DNA from: Prochlorococcus sp. AG-409-I11
GTDB taxonomy: Bacteria > Cyanobacteriota > Cyanobacteriia > PCC-6307 > Cyanobiaceae
Reading direction: 5' to 3'
Assembly (NCBI GenBank): GCA_003215725.1
Contig: QCJX01000002.1
Location: forward strand, 32,249-96,248
Length of the DNA: 64,000 nt
The notes below the pieces were generated by a model. The model was given only the letters and a program-made list of their open reading frames with translations. It did no database searches and had not been told where the DNA came from. This document shows positions 21,800 through 31,412 of the stretch, one piece after another; position 1 is the stretch's first letter, and the number at the start of each line of letters is the position of its first letter. The position numbers and the translations under genes were made by a program.

Positions 21800-22276
21800 A
21801 TGGAAAAGCTTCCAAATGGCACCAGGAGGTTGGCGGCACAATTAAGGTCTTCTGTTGGTTTTGAAGCTCTGTGGACGATCCTTACCGACTACAGCCATTT
21901 GAGTGATTTTATCCCAAATCTTTCTACAAGTCGTTTGATTTCTAGAAAATCAAACCGAGTCCAACTGCAGCAAGTTGGTTCTCAGAGATTAATGGGGTTT
22001 CGTTTCTCGGCAGAGGTGCTTATTGAATTAGTAGAAGATCATAAAAATGGTTTGTTGCAATTCCATTTATTGAAAGGAGATTTTAGACGTTTTGAAGGAG
22101 CTTGGAAGATAGGTGAATTACCTAACGGAGAAGGTTCTTCTCTCTTGTATGAACTGACTGTTCAAGGTTGCATAGGGATGCCAGTTGCCTTTATTGAGCA
22201 ACGACTTAGACAAGACTTGAACACAAATCTTTTGGCTGTTGAAAGAGCTGCCATCAAAAAGGATTCGATTTTATAA
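21800..22276 (+). CDS. SRPBCC (cyclase/dehydrase, START-like) family protein
   Basis: Sequence GTRRLAAQLRSSVGFEALWTILTDYSHLSDFIPNL...GDFRRFEGAW is typical of the polyketide_cyc2-like fold. The ORF is open from TTG 21644, but ATG 21800 (MEKLPNG) is more plausible. Confidence 0.65.
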   Translation: MEKLPNGTRRLAAQLRSSVGFEALWTILTDYSHLSDFIPNLSTSRLISRKSNRVQLQQVGSQRLMGFRFSAEVLIELVEDHKNGLLQFHLLKGDFRRFEGAWKIGELPNGEGSSLLYELTVQGCIGMPVAFIEQRLRQDLNTNLLAVERAAIKKDSIL

Positions 22277-22305
22277 ATCGAATCCTTTTTGATGGCTTTT
22301 GTTTT
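22250..22305 (+). terminator. Intrinsic terminator overlapping the stop codon of the SRPBCC gene
   Basis: Arm 22250-22269 (gccatcaaaaaggattcgat) is perfectly complementary to 22277-22296. The TAA stop sits in the loop, and ttttgtttt follows. Confidence 0.65.
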
Positions 22306-22324
22306 GAACGAAGCTAAAAATAAA

Positions 22325-22397
22325 TACCCCCAAGGGGATTCGAACCCCTGTCGCCTCCGTGAAAGGGAGGTGTCCTAGGCCTCTAGACGATGGGGGC
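22325..22397 (-). tRNA. tRNA-Glu (anticodon UUC)
   Basis: The reverse complement is GCCCCCATCGTCTAGAGGCCTAGGACACCTCCCTTTCACGGAGGCGACAGGGGTTCGAATCCCCTTGGGGGTA. It folds as a cloverleaf with the anticodon loop CTTTCAC and closely resembles bacterial tRNA-Glu. CCA is not encoded. Confidence 0.95.
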
Positions 22398-22436
22398 GAG
22401 GCCATGATCCATTGTGACTAAGATCACATTCGAAAA

Positions 22437-23612
22437 CTACGGTTCAGCGCCACCCTCCGTCAAGGCTTTATTTCCCTTATCTTGCCCATCCCAAACTGGA
22501 ACGGTGAAAAAAAAGCAAGCTCCTTCTCCTGGTTGGGACACTACCCAAATTTTTCCTCCATGTACTTCAACGATGCGTCTACACACTGAAAGGCCGATTC
22601 CAAAACCAGTTGTCATTCCTGAGGTTTGGGGCAAACGGACCTGATCGAGGAAAATACGTTGTTGCTCTTCTTTAGGAATCCCTGGGCCAGAATCACAAAC
22701 GCTTATTTCTAACCATTGGTTTGTACGGTGAAGCATTGTGATAGAAATATCTTTTCCACTTTTAGAAAATTTAAGAGCATTTTCAAGAAGGTTTAGTAAG
22801 ACTTGCCTCATTCTTCGTTGATCAGCAAAAGCATTGGGCAAATCAGGCGGGATATCTGTATTAATTCCAATACCTCTTCCCAGCCATAGCTTGTCAAGTT
22901 CAAGAATTGCTTCGGCAGCAATATTGGCTAAATTTATTCTTTGTGGATTAAACAAAGCCTCCCATCTTGTGCTACCAACCTCAAGTAAGTCTTGCGATAA
23001 GTGCTCTATTTCTTCTAGCCTTCTTTTTATAACTTCTTGGAATTTTTCTAAATTGATCTGACCTAATTGTTGGCTTTGTAGAGCTAGTGCAGCAGCAGAT
23101 AAAGGAGTTCTTAATTCATGTGCAACCATTCTTAATAACCTTTCCTGTGACTGAATTTGTTGAGTCAGAGTTTCATTCTCTTGACGTAAAACCAAAAGTT
23201 CATCTTCGAGAAGCAATTCTTTTTGTGTCCTATTGACCTCACTTTCTTTTGACCTAAGACTTAACCCTAGGCCACTCACTATTCCTTCTTGTTTCCATTT
23301 TGGGAGCCAATTTTTGATTTGGTGAAAGATGCTACTTCCAGCAAAAATTTGTTTAGGGGATGGTGAAAGCTTAATTAGAGCTGGTATGACAACTAGCCGA
23401 TGTAGTTCCAGTAATTCAGGTTGCTCTTGGGGATCTGAGATTTCAAGATTAACCTTGAATTCGGGATCATCATCCTCTAAAAATTTAATAAGAGACCTTA
23501 GATCTCCACTTGAGAGATGTTGGCGGTTTGCCACGAGAAGCAGTTTTAAGTGCTTGCGTTTATTTGCACCGACCCCATTCACAGCAGCGAGAGCAAGACA
23601 AGGTTGAGGCAC
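22437..23612 (-). CDS. sasA: Adaptive-response sensor histidine kinase SasA (KaiB-like N-terminal domain)
   Basis: N-terminal KaiB/thioredoxin-like region ([11 protein letters not shown]...VIPALIK), H-box [11 protein letters not shown]-box [11 protein letters not shown], and G-boxes DSGPGI and [11 protein letters not shown] start. Confidence 0.85.
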   Translation of the reverse strand: MPQPCLALAAVNGVGANKRKHLKLLLVANRQHLSSGDLRSLIKFLEDDDPEFKVNLEISDPQEQPELLELHRLVVIPALIKLSPSPKQIFAGSSIFHQIKNWLPKWKQEGIVSGLGLSLRSKESEVNRTQKELLLEDELLVLRQENETLTQQIQSQERLLRMVAHELRTPLSAAALALQSQQLGQINLEKFQEVIKRRLEEIEHLSQDLLEVGSTRWEALFNPQRINLANIAAEAILELDKLWLGRGIGINTDIPPDLPNAFADQRRMRQVLLNLLENALKFSKSGKDISITMLHRTNQWLEISVCDSGPGIPKEEQQRIFLDQVRLPQTSGMTTGFGIGLSVCRRIVEVHGGKIWVVSQPGEGACFFFTVPVWDGQDKGNKALTEGGAEP

Positions 23613-23726
23613 ACATTAAGGGACTCTGAATAGATTTAAATAGACCTCTTGGGCAAATCATGTAATTATTGTTCGCGCAAGGATGCTTTTGGTAGCTTCC
23701 TTGGATGAATATTCACTTTTGATCCT

Positions 23727-24161
23727 TTGAGAACTTACCTGAAACGAGCTCGTAAAACACTTGCGATTCCTTTTTGGATAGTCCCTATCCTTCTTGCTGG
23801 TTGCAGCCCCTCAGTCCAGTCTGAGGTGAATCGCAAAACCATTCCAGCTAAAGAAGAGGATATTTTCCTTTACAGGGGCATAGGTGCTTCATACCTTTGC
23901 AATGCTCGAGCTGCAGGTATTGAGTTCCCAAAAGCTGTAGGTATAGCTTCCGCAACATATGTTCAAGTACTTGAGGGTAAACATGGTGGAGTGGTTGCTG
24001 ATGTTGGTAAGAAAAAATTATCTAGAAAACAACTTTTTTCTGGAGCTGAATTTCAAATAATTACTGCGGCCTTACAATTTTGCCCTAAACAAGTGCCCAA
24101 GGATGTTGAAAAGAAGGTAAAGGAATTACTTGAGAAACAAAATGTTAAAAGAAATAAATAG
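23727..24161 (+). CDS. Hypothetical lipoprotein
   Basis: Basic n-region, hydrophobic core and a lipobox LLAGC. There is no in-frame ATG, so the start is TTG. Confidence 0.5.
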   Translation: MRTYLKRARKTLAIPFWIVPILLAGCSPSVQSEVNRKTIPAKEEDIFLYRGIGASYLCNARAAGIEFPKAVGIASATYVQVLEGKHGGVVADVGKKKLSRKQLFSGAEFQIITAALQFCPKQVPKDVEKKVKELLEKQNVKRNK

Positions 24162-24282
24162 AAATTAATGAAATTTTAATAGGTTAACGATTAGAATTTC
24201 TTTTTTTAAGTTAAATAATTTATAGCTATCGATATGGGTTAGTTTATATTTAGACTAAAATTATTTTGACAGGTTTGTTTCT

Positions 24283-26898
24283 ATGGATGCTAATAGAGTC
24301 GTCAAGTTGGAAGACTATCAACCCTTCCCCTTTCGAATACCATTTATAAATCTGGAAGTAATTATTAAAGAAGAAAGAGTTTTGGTATCTAATTTAATGC
24401 GAGTGGAACCTTTCCAAAAATCTAATAACCCTTTGATTTTGCAAGGGATAAACCTGGAACTTGTTGAGGTTTCTGTTGATAGATTGAAGCTCTCTCAAGA
24501 TGAATATGAATTGATACCTGAAGGTTTGATTGTAAGCAAAATACCTGACAAGCCATTTTATTTGAAAATAAAGAATAAAATTAACCCTTATCAAAACACT
24601 TCTTTAGAAGGCTTGTATTTTAGTGATGGAATGATAACTTCTCAATGCGAAGCAGAGGGGTTTCGCAGAATAACTTTTCACCCAGACCGGCCAGATGTGC
24701 TAAGCAAATATCGAGTTAGGATTGAAGCTGATATAAACAAATATCCCAACTTATTATCTAACGGGAACTTATTACATTCTTCTCGCTTGATTAGTAATAA
24801 CCAGCGCCATGAAGTTTTGTGGGAGGACCCATTCCCAAAGCCTTCTTATTTATTTGCTTTGGTGGCAGGAAACTTAGAAAAGGTTCAAGATACGTATAGA
24901 ACTTTTTCAGGAAAAGAGATACTTATCAATATATATGTTGAAGATGGAAATCAAAGGTTTACAAAACATGCCTTGAAATCACTTAAGAAAGCAATGGCTT
25001 GGGATGAGGAAGTTTATGGTTTTGAGTATGACCTTGGTCAATACAATATTGTCGCTGTTAGACACTTTAATATGGGTGCAATGGAGAACAAAAGTCTAAA
25101 TATTTTTAACTCTAAGCTGGTTTTAGCGGATTCACTGATAGCAACTGATGGTGAGTTGGAAAGGGTTGAAAGTGTTATCGCTCATGAGTATTTTCACAAT
25201 TGGACGGGTAATCGTATAACTTGTAGAGATTGGTTTCAGCTTTCATTAAAAGAGGGGTTAACTGTTTTTAGAGACCAATGCTTTACAGCTGATCTGCATT
25301 CTTCTGCATTAAAGAGAATTGAGGATGTATCTTTAATTAGGAATGTACAGTTTAAGGAAGATTGTGGGCCAACCTCCCATGCTATTAAGCCAGATAAATA
25401 TTTAGCAATTGATAATTTTTACACAACAACAATCTATGAAAAAGGTGCTGAAGTTATTCGAATGCTTTATATCTTGTTAGGCCACAAAGGCTTTATGCTC
25501 GGAATGCAATTGTATGTTCGACTTTTTGATGGCTTAGCCGCTACAACTGAGGATTTTGTTGAAGCAATTTATAACGGAGCTTCATCATCTAACTTGCTAA
25601 ATAATTTTAATATGAATCAATTCCAAGATTGGTACTATCATTCTGGAACTCCACTTGTTACTGTAAATAGAAATTGGGATGAAGACACATGTACTTTAAA
25701 ACTTTCATTTGAACAAGTACTTATAAGAAATGGTATTAAAGTAAAGGGTAAGGCATTAGTTATTCCAATTAAAATTGCTGTTATTACAAATAAAGGAAAA
25801 TATGGTGATGAGAAACTATTCGTTTTTGATAGTTTAACTCAAGAATTTTCTATCTCAAATTTACCTAAGCAAAAAACAACACCAGTAATTTCAATTTTTC
25901 GAAACTTTTCTGCTCCAGTAAAGTGGGAAACTGACTTGAAAGAAGATGAACAAATTTATTTATTAAAATATGATGATGACCCTTTCTCAAGATGGGAAGC
26001 TTTGCAGAATTTGTATCGTAAAGCTTTGATCTCTAGAGCTTCTTTAAACCCAGAGTTGCAACTTGAAGAAAAGATTATTCAGTCATTGGGGCAATTAATT
26101 AAAGATATCAAGCCTGATCAATATGGACTCTTAGCTTCTTTTTTGACTTTGCCTTCTTTCTCAGAACTTGAATCTTACTTTGATGTTATTGATCCAATAG
26201 GGTTAGAAAATGCAAGAGCTTTCTTAAGAAGCTTTATTGGCAAAAACTTGAGTAGACCTTTTTGGGATTTAGTTTATGAATGCTCTTCTTCACTTGATGC
26301 TAAGTGGCCAAAAGGTCAATACGAAAGAAGGCTTACATCTATTTGTTGGGAGTTGTTAGCCTCGGCAGGCGATTTGAATATTAGGAAGAGTGTCTTGAAG
26401 TCTATTACCAGTAATTCAATGACTCTTGCAAAGGCAGCTCTTAATGCCTTGAAGAAGTTTGACTGCCCTGAGAGAGAGCAAGCATTGAAATTATTTTTTG
26501 ATCGTTGGAATGATCGTCCTGAAGTTTTAGATACATGGTTTTATTTCACGGCCTATATCTCAGCAAATGATTCTTACGCAAAGGTTAAAGAGCTATTTTC
26601 TCACCCTTTATTTGATCCTATGGCCCCTAACGCAGTTCGTGCAGTCTTAGGAGGATTTACTTCGAATATAGAAGCATTTCATGCATTAAATGGACAAGGG
26701 TATATGTTTCTATCTAATGAAATATCTTTGATTGATCAGCGGAACCCAATTACTGCCTCTCGGTTGCTAAAAGTTTTTAACTTCTGGAAAAAATACCAGT
26801 CACCTAATCGTGAAATGATGTTAAAAGCCATTGAAGAAATGGGAGATTCCAAACTTTCAATAAATACTAAAGAGGTGATTGATTTAATAAAGGCTTAG
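24283..26898 (+). CDS. pepN: Aminopeptidase N (M1 family)
   Basis: Motifs GAMEN and HEYFHNWTGNR...E (HEXXH-18-E). Confidence 0.95.
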   Translation: MDANRVVKLEDYQPFPFRIPFINLEVIIKEERVLVSNLMRVEPFQKSNNPLILQGINLELVEVSVDRLKLSQDEYELIPEGLIVSKIPDKPFYLKIKNKINPYQNTSLEGLYFSDGMITSQCEAEGFRRITFHPDRPDVLSKYRVRIEADINKYPNLLSNGNLLHSSRLISNNQRHEVLWEDPFPKPSYLFALVAGNLEKVQDTYRTFSGKEILINIYVEDGNQRFTKHALKSLKKAMAWDEEVYGFEYDLGQYNIVAVRHFNMGAMENKSLNIFNSKLVLADSLIATDGELERVESVIAHEYFHNWTGNRITCRDWFQLSLKEGLTVFRDQCFTADLHSSALKRIEDVSLIRNVQFKEDCGPTSHAIKPDKYLAIDNFYTTTIYEKGAEVIRMLYILLGHKGFMLGMQLYVRLFDGLAATTEDFVEAIYNGASSSNLLNNFNMNQFQDWYYHSGTPLVTVNRNWDEDTCTLKLSFEQVLIRNGIKVKGKALVIPIKIAVITNKGKYGDEKLFVFDSLTQEFSISNLPKQKTTPVISIFRNFSAPVKWETDLKEDEQIYLLKYDDDPFSRWEALQNLYRKALISRASLNPELQLEEKIIQSLGQLIKDIKPDQYGLLASFLTLPSFSELESYFDVIDPIGLENARAFLRSFIGKNLSRPFWDLVYECSSSLDAKWPKGQYERRLTSICWELLASAGDLNIRKSVLKSITSNSMTLAKAALNALKKFDCPEREQALKLFFDRWNDRPEVLDTWFYFTAYISANDSYAKVKELFSHPLFDPMAPNAVRAVLGGFTSNIEAFHALNGQGYMFLSNEISLIDQRNPITASRLLKVFNFWKKYQSPNREMMLKAIEEMGDSKLSINTKEVIDLIKA

Positions 26899-26988
26899 GA
26901 TGCTTTTATTATTGAAATTTTGGGTCTTATATATTTAATAATAAGACCTCTACTATTAAATATATTTTGTTGACTTATTAAATTATTT

Positions 26989-27984
26989 TTATCGGAACAT
27001 TGAGCTTACTGAACTTTCTTCATGTATCCTCCAAATAGCTTCTCCAAGCATATTCGCAACTGACAGTACTTCAAGTTGAGAAAAGTTTTGAGTTTGATCA
27101 ACAGGAATACTATTCGTTACAACTACCTTTTCGAAAAGATTTTTTTCAAACAATCTTTGATAGGCCGGTGGTGAAAAAACAGCATGAGATGCACATGCAA
27201 TAACTCTTTTTGCACCTTCCTTTCTAAGTAACTCCGCACCTGCACAAATAGTTCCGCCAGTATCAATCATGTCGTCAATAAGAATTGCAGTTTTACCTGC
27301 CACATCGCCAATAACAGTGAGACTTTGAGCAACATTATGAGCTGCCCTTCTTTTATCAATTATTGCTAGGGGTGCGTCTTTCATTTGCTTAGCAAATGCT
27401 CTAGCTCTTGCAACTCCTCCTACGTCAGGAGAAACAACAACTATTTCGCCCAGATTTTTAGTTGACAAGTAGTCAACTAAAACTGGTGATCCATAAATAT
27501 GGTCGCAAGGGATATCAAAGTACCCTTGTATTTGGGCGGAATGAAGATCCATTGCAAGCACTCTGTCTACTCCTGATTGCACTAGTAGATTCGCGCTTAA
27601 TTTTGCTGTTATTGATTCTCTTCCTGCAGTCTTTCTATCAGCTCTTGCATATCCGTAGTAAGGGATTACTGCAGTAATTTGGCGTGCTGACGCTCTTTTG
27701 CAAGCGTCAACCATAATCATCAGCTCCATAAGGCTGTCATTAACGGGAGCACAGGTTGGTTGAATAAGGAAAACATCGCACCCTCTAATTGATTGTTCGA
27801 TTTGAACGTATAATTCTCCATCTGCGAATCTCTTGGAAACCAGAGGTACGTCATTGATGCCTAAATAAGCTGCTATTTCTTTCGAGAGGGCAGGGTTAGA
27901 TGTACCGCTAATTAACCTCAGTCGCCTGGTGTCATGGCTGACGCTTTCTTGAGAGGTATTTGCTGCGGTGAGAAAACTGGTCAC
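26989..27984 (-). CDS. prs: Ribose-phosphate pyrophosphokinase
   Basis: Motifs DLHSAQIQGYFDIP and ILIDDMIDTGGT. The ORF is open from TTG 27999; GTG 27984 (MTSFLTA) is the likely start. Confidence 0.95.
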   Translation of the reverse strand: MTSFLTAANTSQESVSHDTRRLRLISGTSNPALSKEIAAYLGINDVPLVSKRFADGELYVQIEQSIRGCDVFLIQPTCAPVNDSLMELMIMVDACKRASARQITAVIPYYGYARADRKTAGRESITAKLSANLLVQSGVDRVLAMDLHSAQIQGYFDIPCDHIYGSPVLVDYLSTKNLGEIVVVSPDVGGVARARAFAKQMKDAPLAIIDKRRAAHNVAQSLTVIGDVAGKTAILIDDMIDTGGTICAGAELLRKEGAKRVIACASHAVFSPPAYQRLFEKNLFEKVVVTNSIPVDQTQNFSQLEVLSVANMLGEAIWRIHEESSVSSMFR

Positions 27985-28071
27985 TGTCTCCGCAAGCAAG
28001 ATCCGCTGTTCCTTAATCGTAATGCTCTAATGGCAAATAACCAATTTTTTTTAATAGCATTAATTTAAAAA

Positions 28072-28623
28072 ATGATATCTCCTATGCCGTTTTTTATTGG
28101 TGCAGGTCAAGCTCCTGATACTAAATTGAACTCAGGAGTTATTGCACTGTCTAAGTTTTGGGGGGGAGAATTGATTGAATTGTCATGCTTTGAACCTCCA
28201 GCACAAATTCTTAATGCATTGCCCAATAAAGAAGGCTTAGCTCACTTAAAGGGAGATGCAGCCTTGGCACATTCAAATGGATCTAGTTGGCTGGAAGCCC
28301 TTGGGGCTTGGCGGCAACCTACGGTTTTGATGGTTATGCCTTTGATATCTGGAGATATACCAGGCCTTGCAGCTGCTTATGTTGCTTTATGCAAGGAATT
28401 ACGTGTTCCTCTCCTAGGGGTTTTGCAAGTCGGAGGCCAGTGGAATAGAAACCAACGGATTAATGATGGTCTCCCATGGTGTGGATGGATACCATTAGAG
28501 GTTGAGTTAGAAAGTAAAGCTAAGAAGAAAGATGATTTTGAAAACTGTTTAGGTAATCATGAATTTATCTTTGAAGAAGTAAAGGCAACTCTCCTAAGAA
28601 GGTTTTATACGCTTGGTTTATGA
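28072..28623 (+). CDS. Hypothetical protein with a faint BioD/CobQ-like P-loop-fold resemblance and no intact Walker A
   Basis: 183 aa. FFIGAGQAPDTKLNSGVIAL sits where a GTDTxVGKT P-loop would be, and PTVLMVMPLISGDIPGLAAAYVALCKELRVPLLGVL resembles the BioD core strand-helix. This is pattern recognition only. Confidence 0.45.
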   Translation: MISPMPFFIGAGQAPDTKLNSGVIALSKFWGGELIELSCFEPPAQILNALPNKEGLAHLKGDAALAHSNGSSWLEALGAWRQPTVLMVMPLISGDIPGLAAAYVALCKELRVPLLGVLQVGGQWNRNQRINDGLPWCGWIPLEVELESKAKKKDDFENCLGNHEFIFEEVKATLLRRFYTLGL

Positions 28624-28699
28624 CTGTAAGAAAATCTAATTTGACTGTTGATGAATAGTTTCTTTTGATTAATAATCTAAAATGCTGTTGTTAAATAAC

Positions 28700-29590
28700 C
28701 TAATCCTTTATTAATTGGAAATTCATCTTTGTATCTTGTAGAAGCGCATATCGAACAAGACTAGAAAACTCATTTTTTGTTAAATTTGTCTCGACTTGGC
28801 TTAGAAGATCATTTATTAGGAGGGTTAAATTTATTTCATTGCTCATAGACTTGGCTTTATTTATTAATCCCTGGGTGATTAACTGAATATTTTGAAATCT
28901 CTTGACTTTATCTTCAAAACTTTCATTCCCTAAGAAAATATTTTTAGCATCTTCTCCATTTATTAAAGTTGAACTAATCTTAACATTGCTACCTAGGTTA
29001 GCTATTTCATTACTTTTAGTTTTGACATTAAAACTATTATTGACTTTTATTCCATCTAGTCTAGCAACAAGAGCTGCCAGATCATCTTGATCAACAACTA
29101 TGTATCGGTGTGGATAATTTATGTGTGGACTATTTGTTGACATGATTATTTCGGTAGTAAGTAATATCCCACCTTCTTGATATGCATCAGCTATAGTCTT
29201 TATATTTTTATTGAAAGGTAAATTGACATTCATATTAACTGGTATTTGCATTATCTTTATAGGCTTATTTTTCATAACTTCTATAAGCAGAATATCTTTT
29301 ACATCCGTTAAATTATCAGTTGAATTCATAGCTTCATTCGCCTCTAGGCCAATTAATAGTGTAAAGATTTTTTTATTTGGTAAGGATATTCTTTCGTCCA
29401 ATCTTGACAATTGAGTGTTTCTTGAATGCAGAATTTCTTTGACAGGCCAAACTGCATCTAAGGCGATACTTCCTATCCATATACCTGCCAGAAAAATACC
29501 TATCCTGTGAAGCGCTCTTCCTGATGCCTTTACAAGCGAGTTGTAAAACAATGAGCGAATTGTTTTTTCTTTAGAATCCTTCAAGACCAT
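28700..29590 (-). CDS. Membrane-anchored LytR/CpsA/Psr (LCP)-like protein, divergent
   Basis: An N-terminal TM segment (IGIFLAGIWIGSIAL). FTLLIGLE...DILLIEVMKNKPIKIMQIPVNMNVNLP and YIVVDQDDLAALVARLDGIKVN parallel conserved LCP blocks. Confidence 0.45.
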   Translation of the reverse strand: MVLKDSKEKTIRSLFYNSLVKASGRALHRIGIFLAGIWIGSIALDAVWPVKEILHSRNTQLSRLDERISLPNKKIFTLLIGLEANEAMNSTDNLTDVKDILLIEVMKNKPIKIMQIPVNMNVNLPFNKNIKTIADAYQEGGILLTTEIIMSTNSPHINYPHRYIVVDQDDLAALVARLDGIKVNNSFNVKTKSNEIANLGSNVKISSTLINGEDAKNIFLGNESFEDKVKRFQNIQLITQGLINKAKSMSNEINLTLLINDLLSQVETNLTKNEFSSLVRYALLQDTKMNFQLIKD

Positions 29591-29888
29591 TCATCTTTTT
29601 TATTGAAAGGCTTTATATATTATTGCGCATTGTGAATATGGTTAGCCTGAATTAGTTGTTAATTGATTTATACCATTAAACATAATCAACATACCTTTTC
29701 CGAAATGGAAATAATTGCTTGCTATTATTATTTGATTTTGCTATATCGAAACTATATCCTTTTTAGAATAGTGCATATTTGTTCTAAAAAGGGTCTATTC
29801 ATTAATCTCCGAATACTACTAAATCTTTGTATAGAGATTTTTAGAGAACTCTGTAGTATTGAAATTTTGAGCTTTTATTTCTTTTCTA

Positions 29889-31412
29889 ATGCCTGAGCCT
29901 TTAAATAAATCTGCTCGATCAATAGGCATTTTGATGCACCCAACTTCTTTGCCTAATAGCTCTTTTTGTGGAAGCTTTGGTGCGCCTGCAAGAAATTGGT
30001 TGAAGCTCTTATTTGAATGTGGAATTAATATTTGGCAATTTTTACCACTATCCCCACCTGACTCAACAGGATCTCCATACAGTTCACCTTCTAGCTTTGC
30101 TTTTAATCCTTGGTTCCTAGATGCATATGATTTGATCGAGGATAACTTTGTTTCTGAATTTATTATTGATGAAACTTTTCTTCAATCAGTTAAGGCGAAA
30201 AGTTTTTTGGATTTTCAATCAGCTGAATTATGGAGTCAAAAACTTGGGATTTATTTAAGGGAAGGTTGGTCTAAACAAAGTTCTAAAACTCATCAGGAAT
30301 TTGAATTATGGTCGTCAAAACAGTTTTGGCTTGAGGACCATGCATGTTTTATGCAACTTCGGCGCCAATTCAATCAAAAACCTTGGTGGGAATGGCCAGA
30401 AGAATATGCACTTTATGACAAAAATAAATTAAAGAAATGGAAATTGAATAACAAAGATAACTTATTGGAGCATCGCCTTATTCAATGGCATTTAGATAGA
30501 CAATGGCAACGTATAAGAAACCTTTCTAAGCAGTTAGATATTAAATTAGTTGGAGATTTGCCATTTTATGTTTCAAGAGACAGTGCAGATGTTTGGAGTA
30601 ATCGCTCACTTTTTTCAGTGCTTTCTAATGGTCAGCTTTATCTACAAAGTGGTGTGCCACCTGATTATTTTTCTGATACTGGACAACTTTGGGGAACTCC
30701 TGTATACCGTTGGAAAAGACATAAACTTAGTCATTATCGCTGGTGGCGAAGTCGATTCCAACGAAATTGGCAACAAGTAGATTTGTTGAGACTTGATCAC
30801 TTCCGAGCATTAAATTCATATTGGGCGATACCTGGAGACCACAAAACTGCTCAGAATGGCTATTGGCTGCCTTCTCCTGGAAAGGATTTACTTTACTTAG
30901 TTAAAAGAGATAAGTATGGAGAACTTCCTCTAATTGCTGAAGACCTTGGCATAATTACACCAGAAGTTTCTTACCTCAGAGATCATTTTAAGTTGCCTGG
31001 CATGAAGATATTACAATTCGCTTTTGATGGCGATGAAAATAATCCTTATTTACCTAAAAATATTAATGGAGAAAATTGGATTGTATATACAGGTACACAT
31101 GATAATTCAACAACTAATGGTTGGTGGAAAGATTTAGGAGAAGCTACAAAAAAACTTGTTAATGAAAATTGTAAGCAAAATGGATCATCACCAAATTGGA
31201 TGTTGATTGAAATGGGGATGTCAACTAAGGCTAAAATATTTATAGCCCCAATTCAAGATATCATTGGATTGGATGACCTTTGTCGCTTTAATACTCCAGG
31301 GACGACAGAAGAAAATTGGGTTTGGAGGTTAGATTCTTTCAATGAAAATGTTGTTAATTCATTAAAAGAGTATGGAGACTTGGCAAAGTCATATGATAGA
31401 AATTTGCACTAG
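29889..31412 (+). CDS. malQ: 4-alpha-glucanotransferase (GH77)
   Basis: Motifs LRLDHFRAL, IAEDLG and YTGTHDNSTTNGWW. Confidence 0.9.
   Translation: MPEPLNKSARSIGILMHPTSLPNSSFCGSFGAPARNWLKLLFECGINIWQFLPLSPPDSTGSPYSSPSSFAFNPWFLDAYDLIEDNFVSEFIIDETFLQSVKAKSFLDFQSAELWSQKLGIYLREGWSKQSSKTHQEFELWSSKQFWLEDHACFMQLRRQFNQKPWWEWPEEYALYDKNKLKKWKLNNKDNLLEHRLIQWHLDRQWQRIRNLSKQLDIKLVGDLPFYVSRDSADVWSNRSLFSVLSNGQLYLQSGVPPDYFSDTGQLWGTPVYRWKRHKLSHYRWWRSRFQRNWQQVDLLRLDHFRALNSYWAIPGDHKTAQNGYWLPSPGKDLLYLVKRDKYGELPLIAEDLGIITPEVSYLRDHFKLPGMKILQFAFDGDENNPYLPKNINGENWIVYTGTHDNSTTNGWWKDLGEATKKLVNENCKQNGSSPNWMLIEMGMSTKAKIFIAPIQDIIGLDDLCRFNTPGTTEENWVWRLDSFNENVVNSLKEYGDLAKSYDRNLH

Noticed and set aside
22277-22440. tRNA-Glu as an integration hotspot or genomic-island border
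   Set aside because: Both flanks are core genes (sasA and an SRPBCC protein). There is no integrase, and I saw no direct repeat of the tRNA 3' end nearby.
26923-26948. Hairpin between the convergent genes pepN and prs (ggtcttat / ataagacc)
   Set aside because: The stem is only 8 bp with a 10-nt AT loop and no clean T-tract, so it is too weak to call a terminator.
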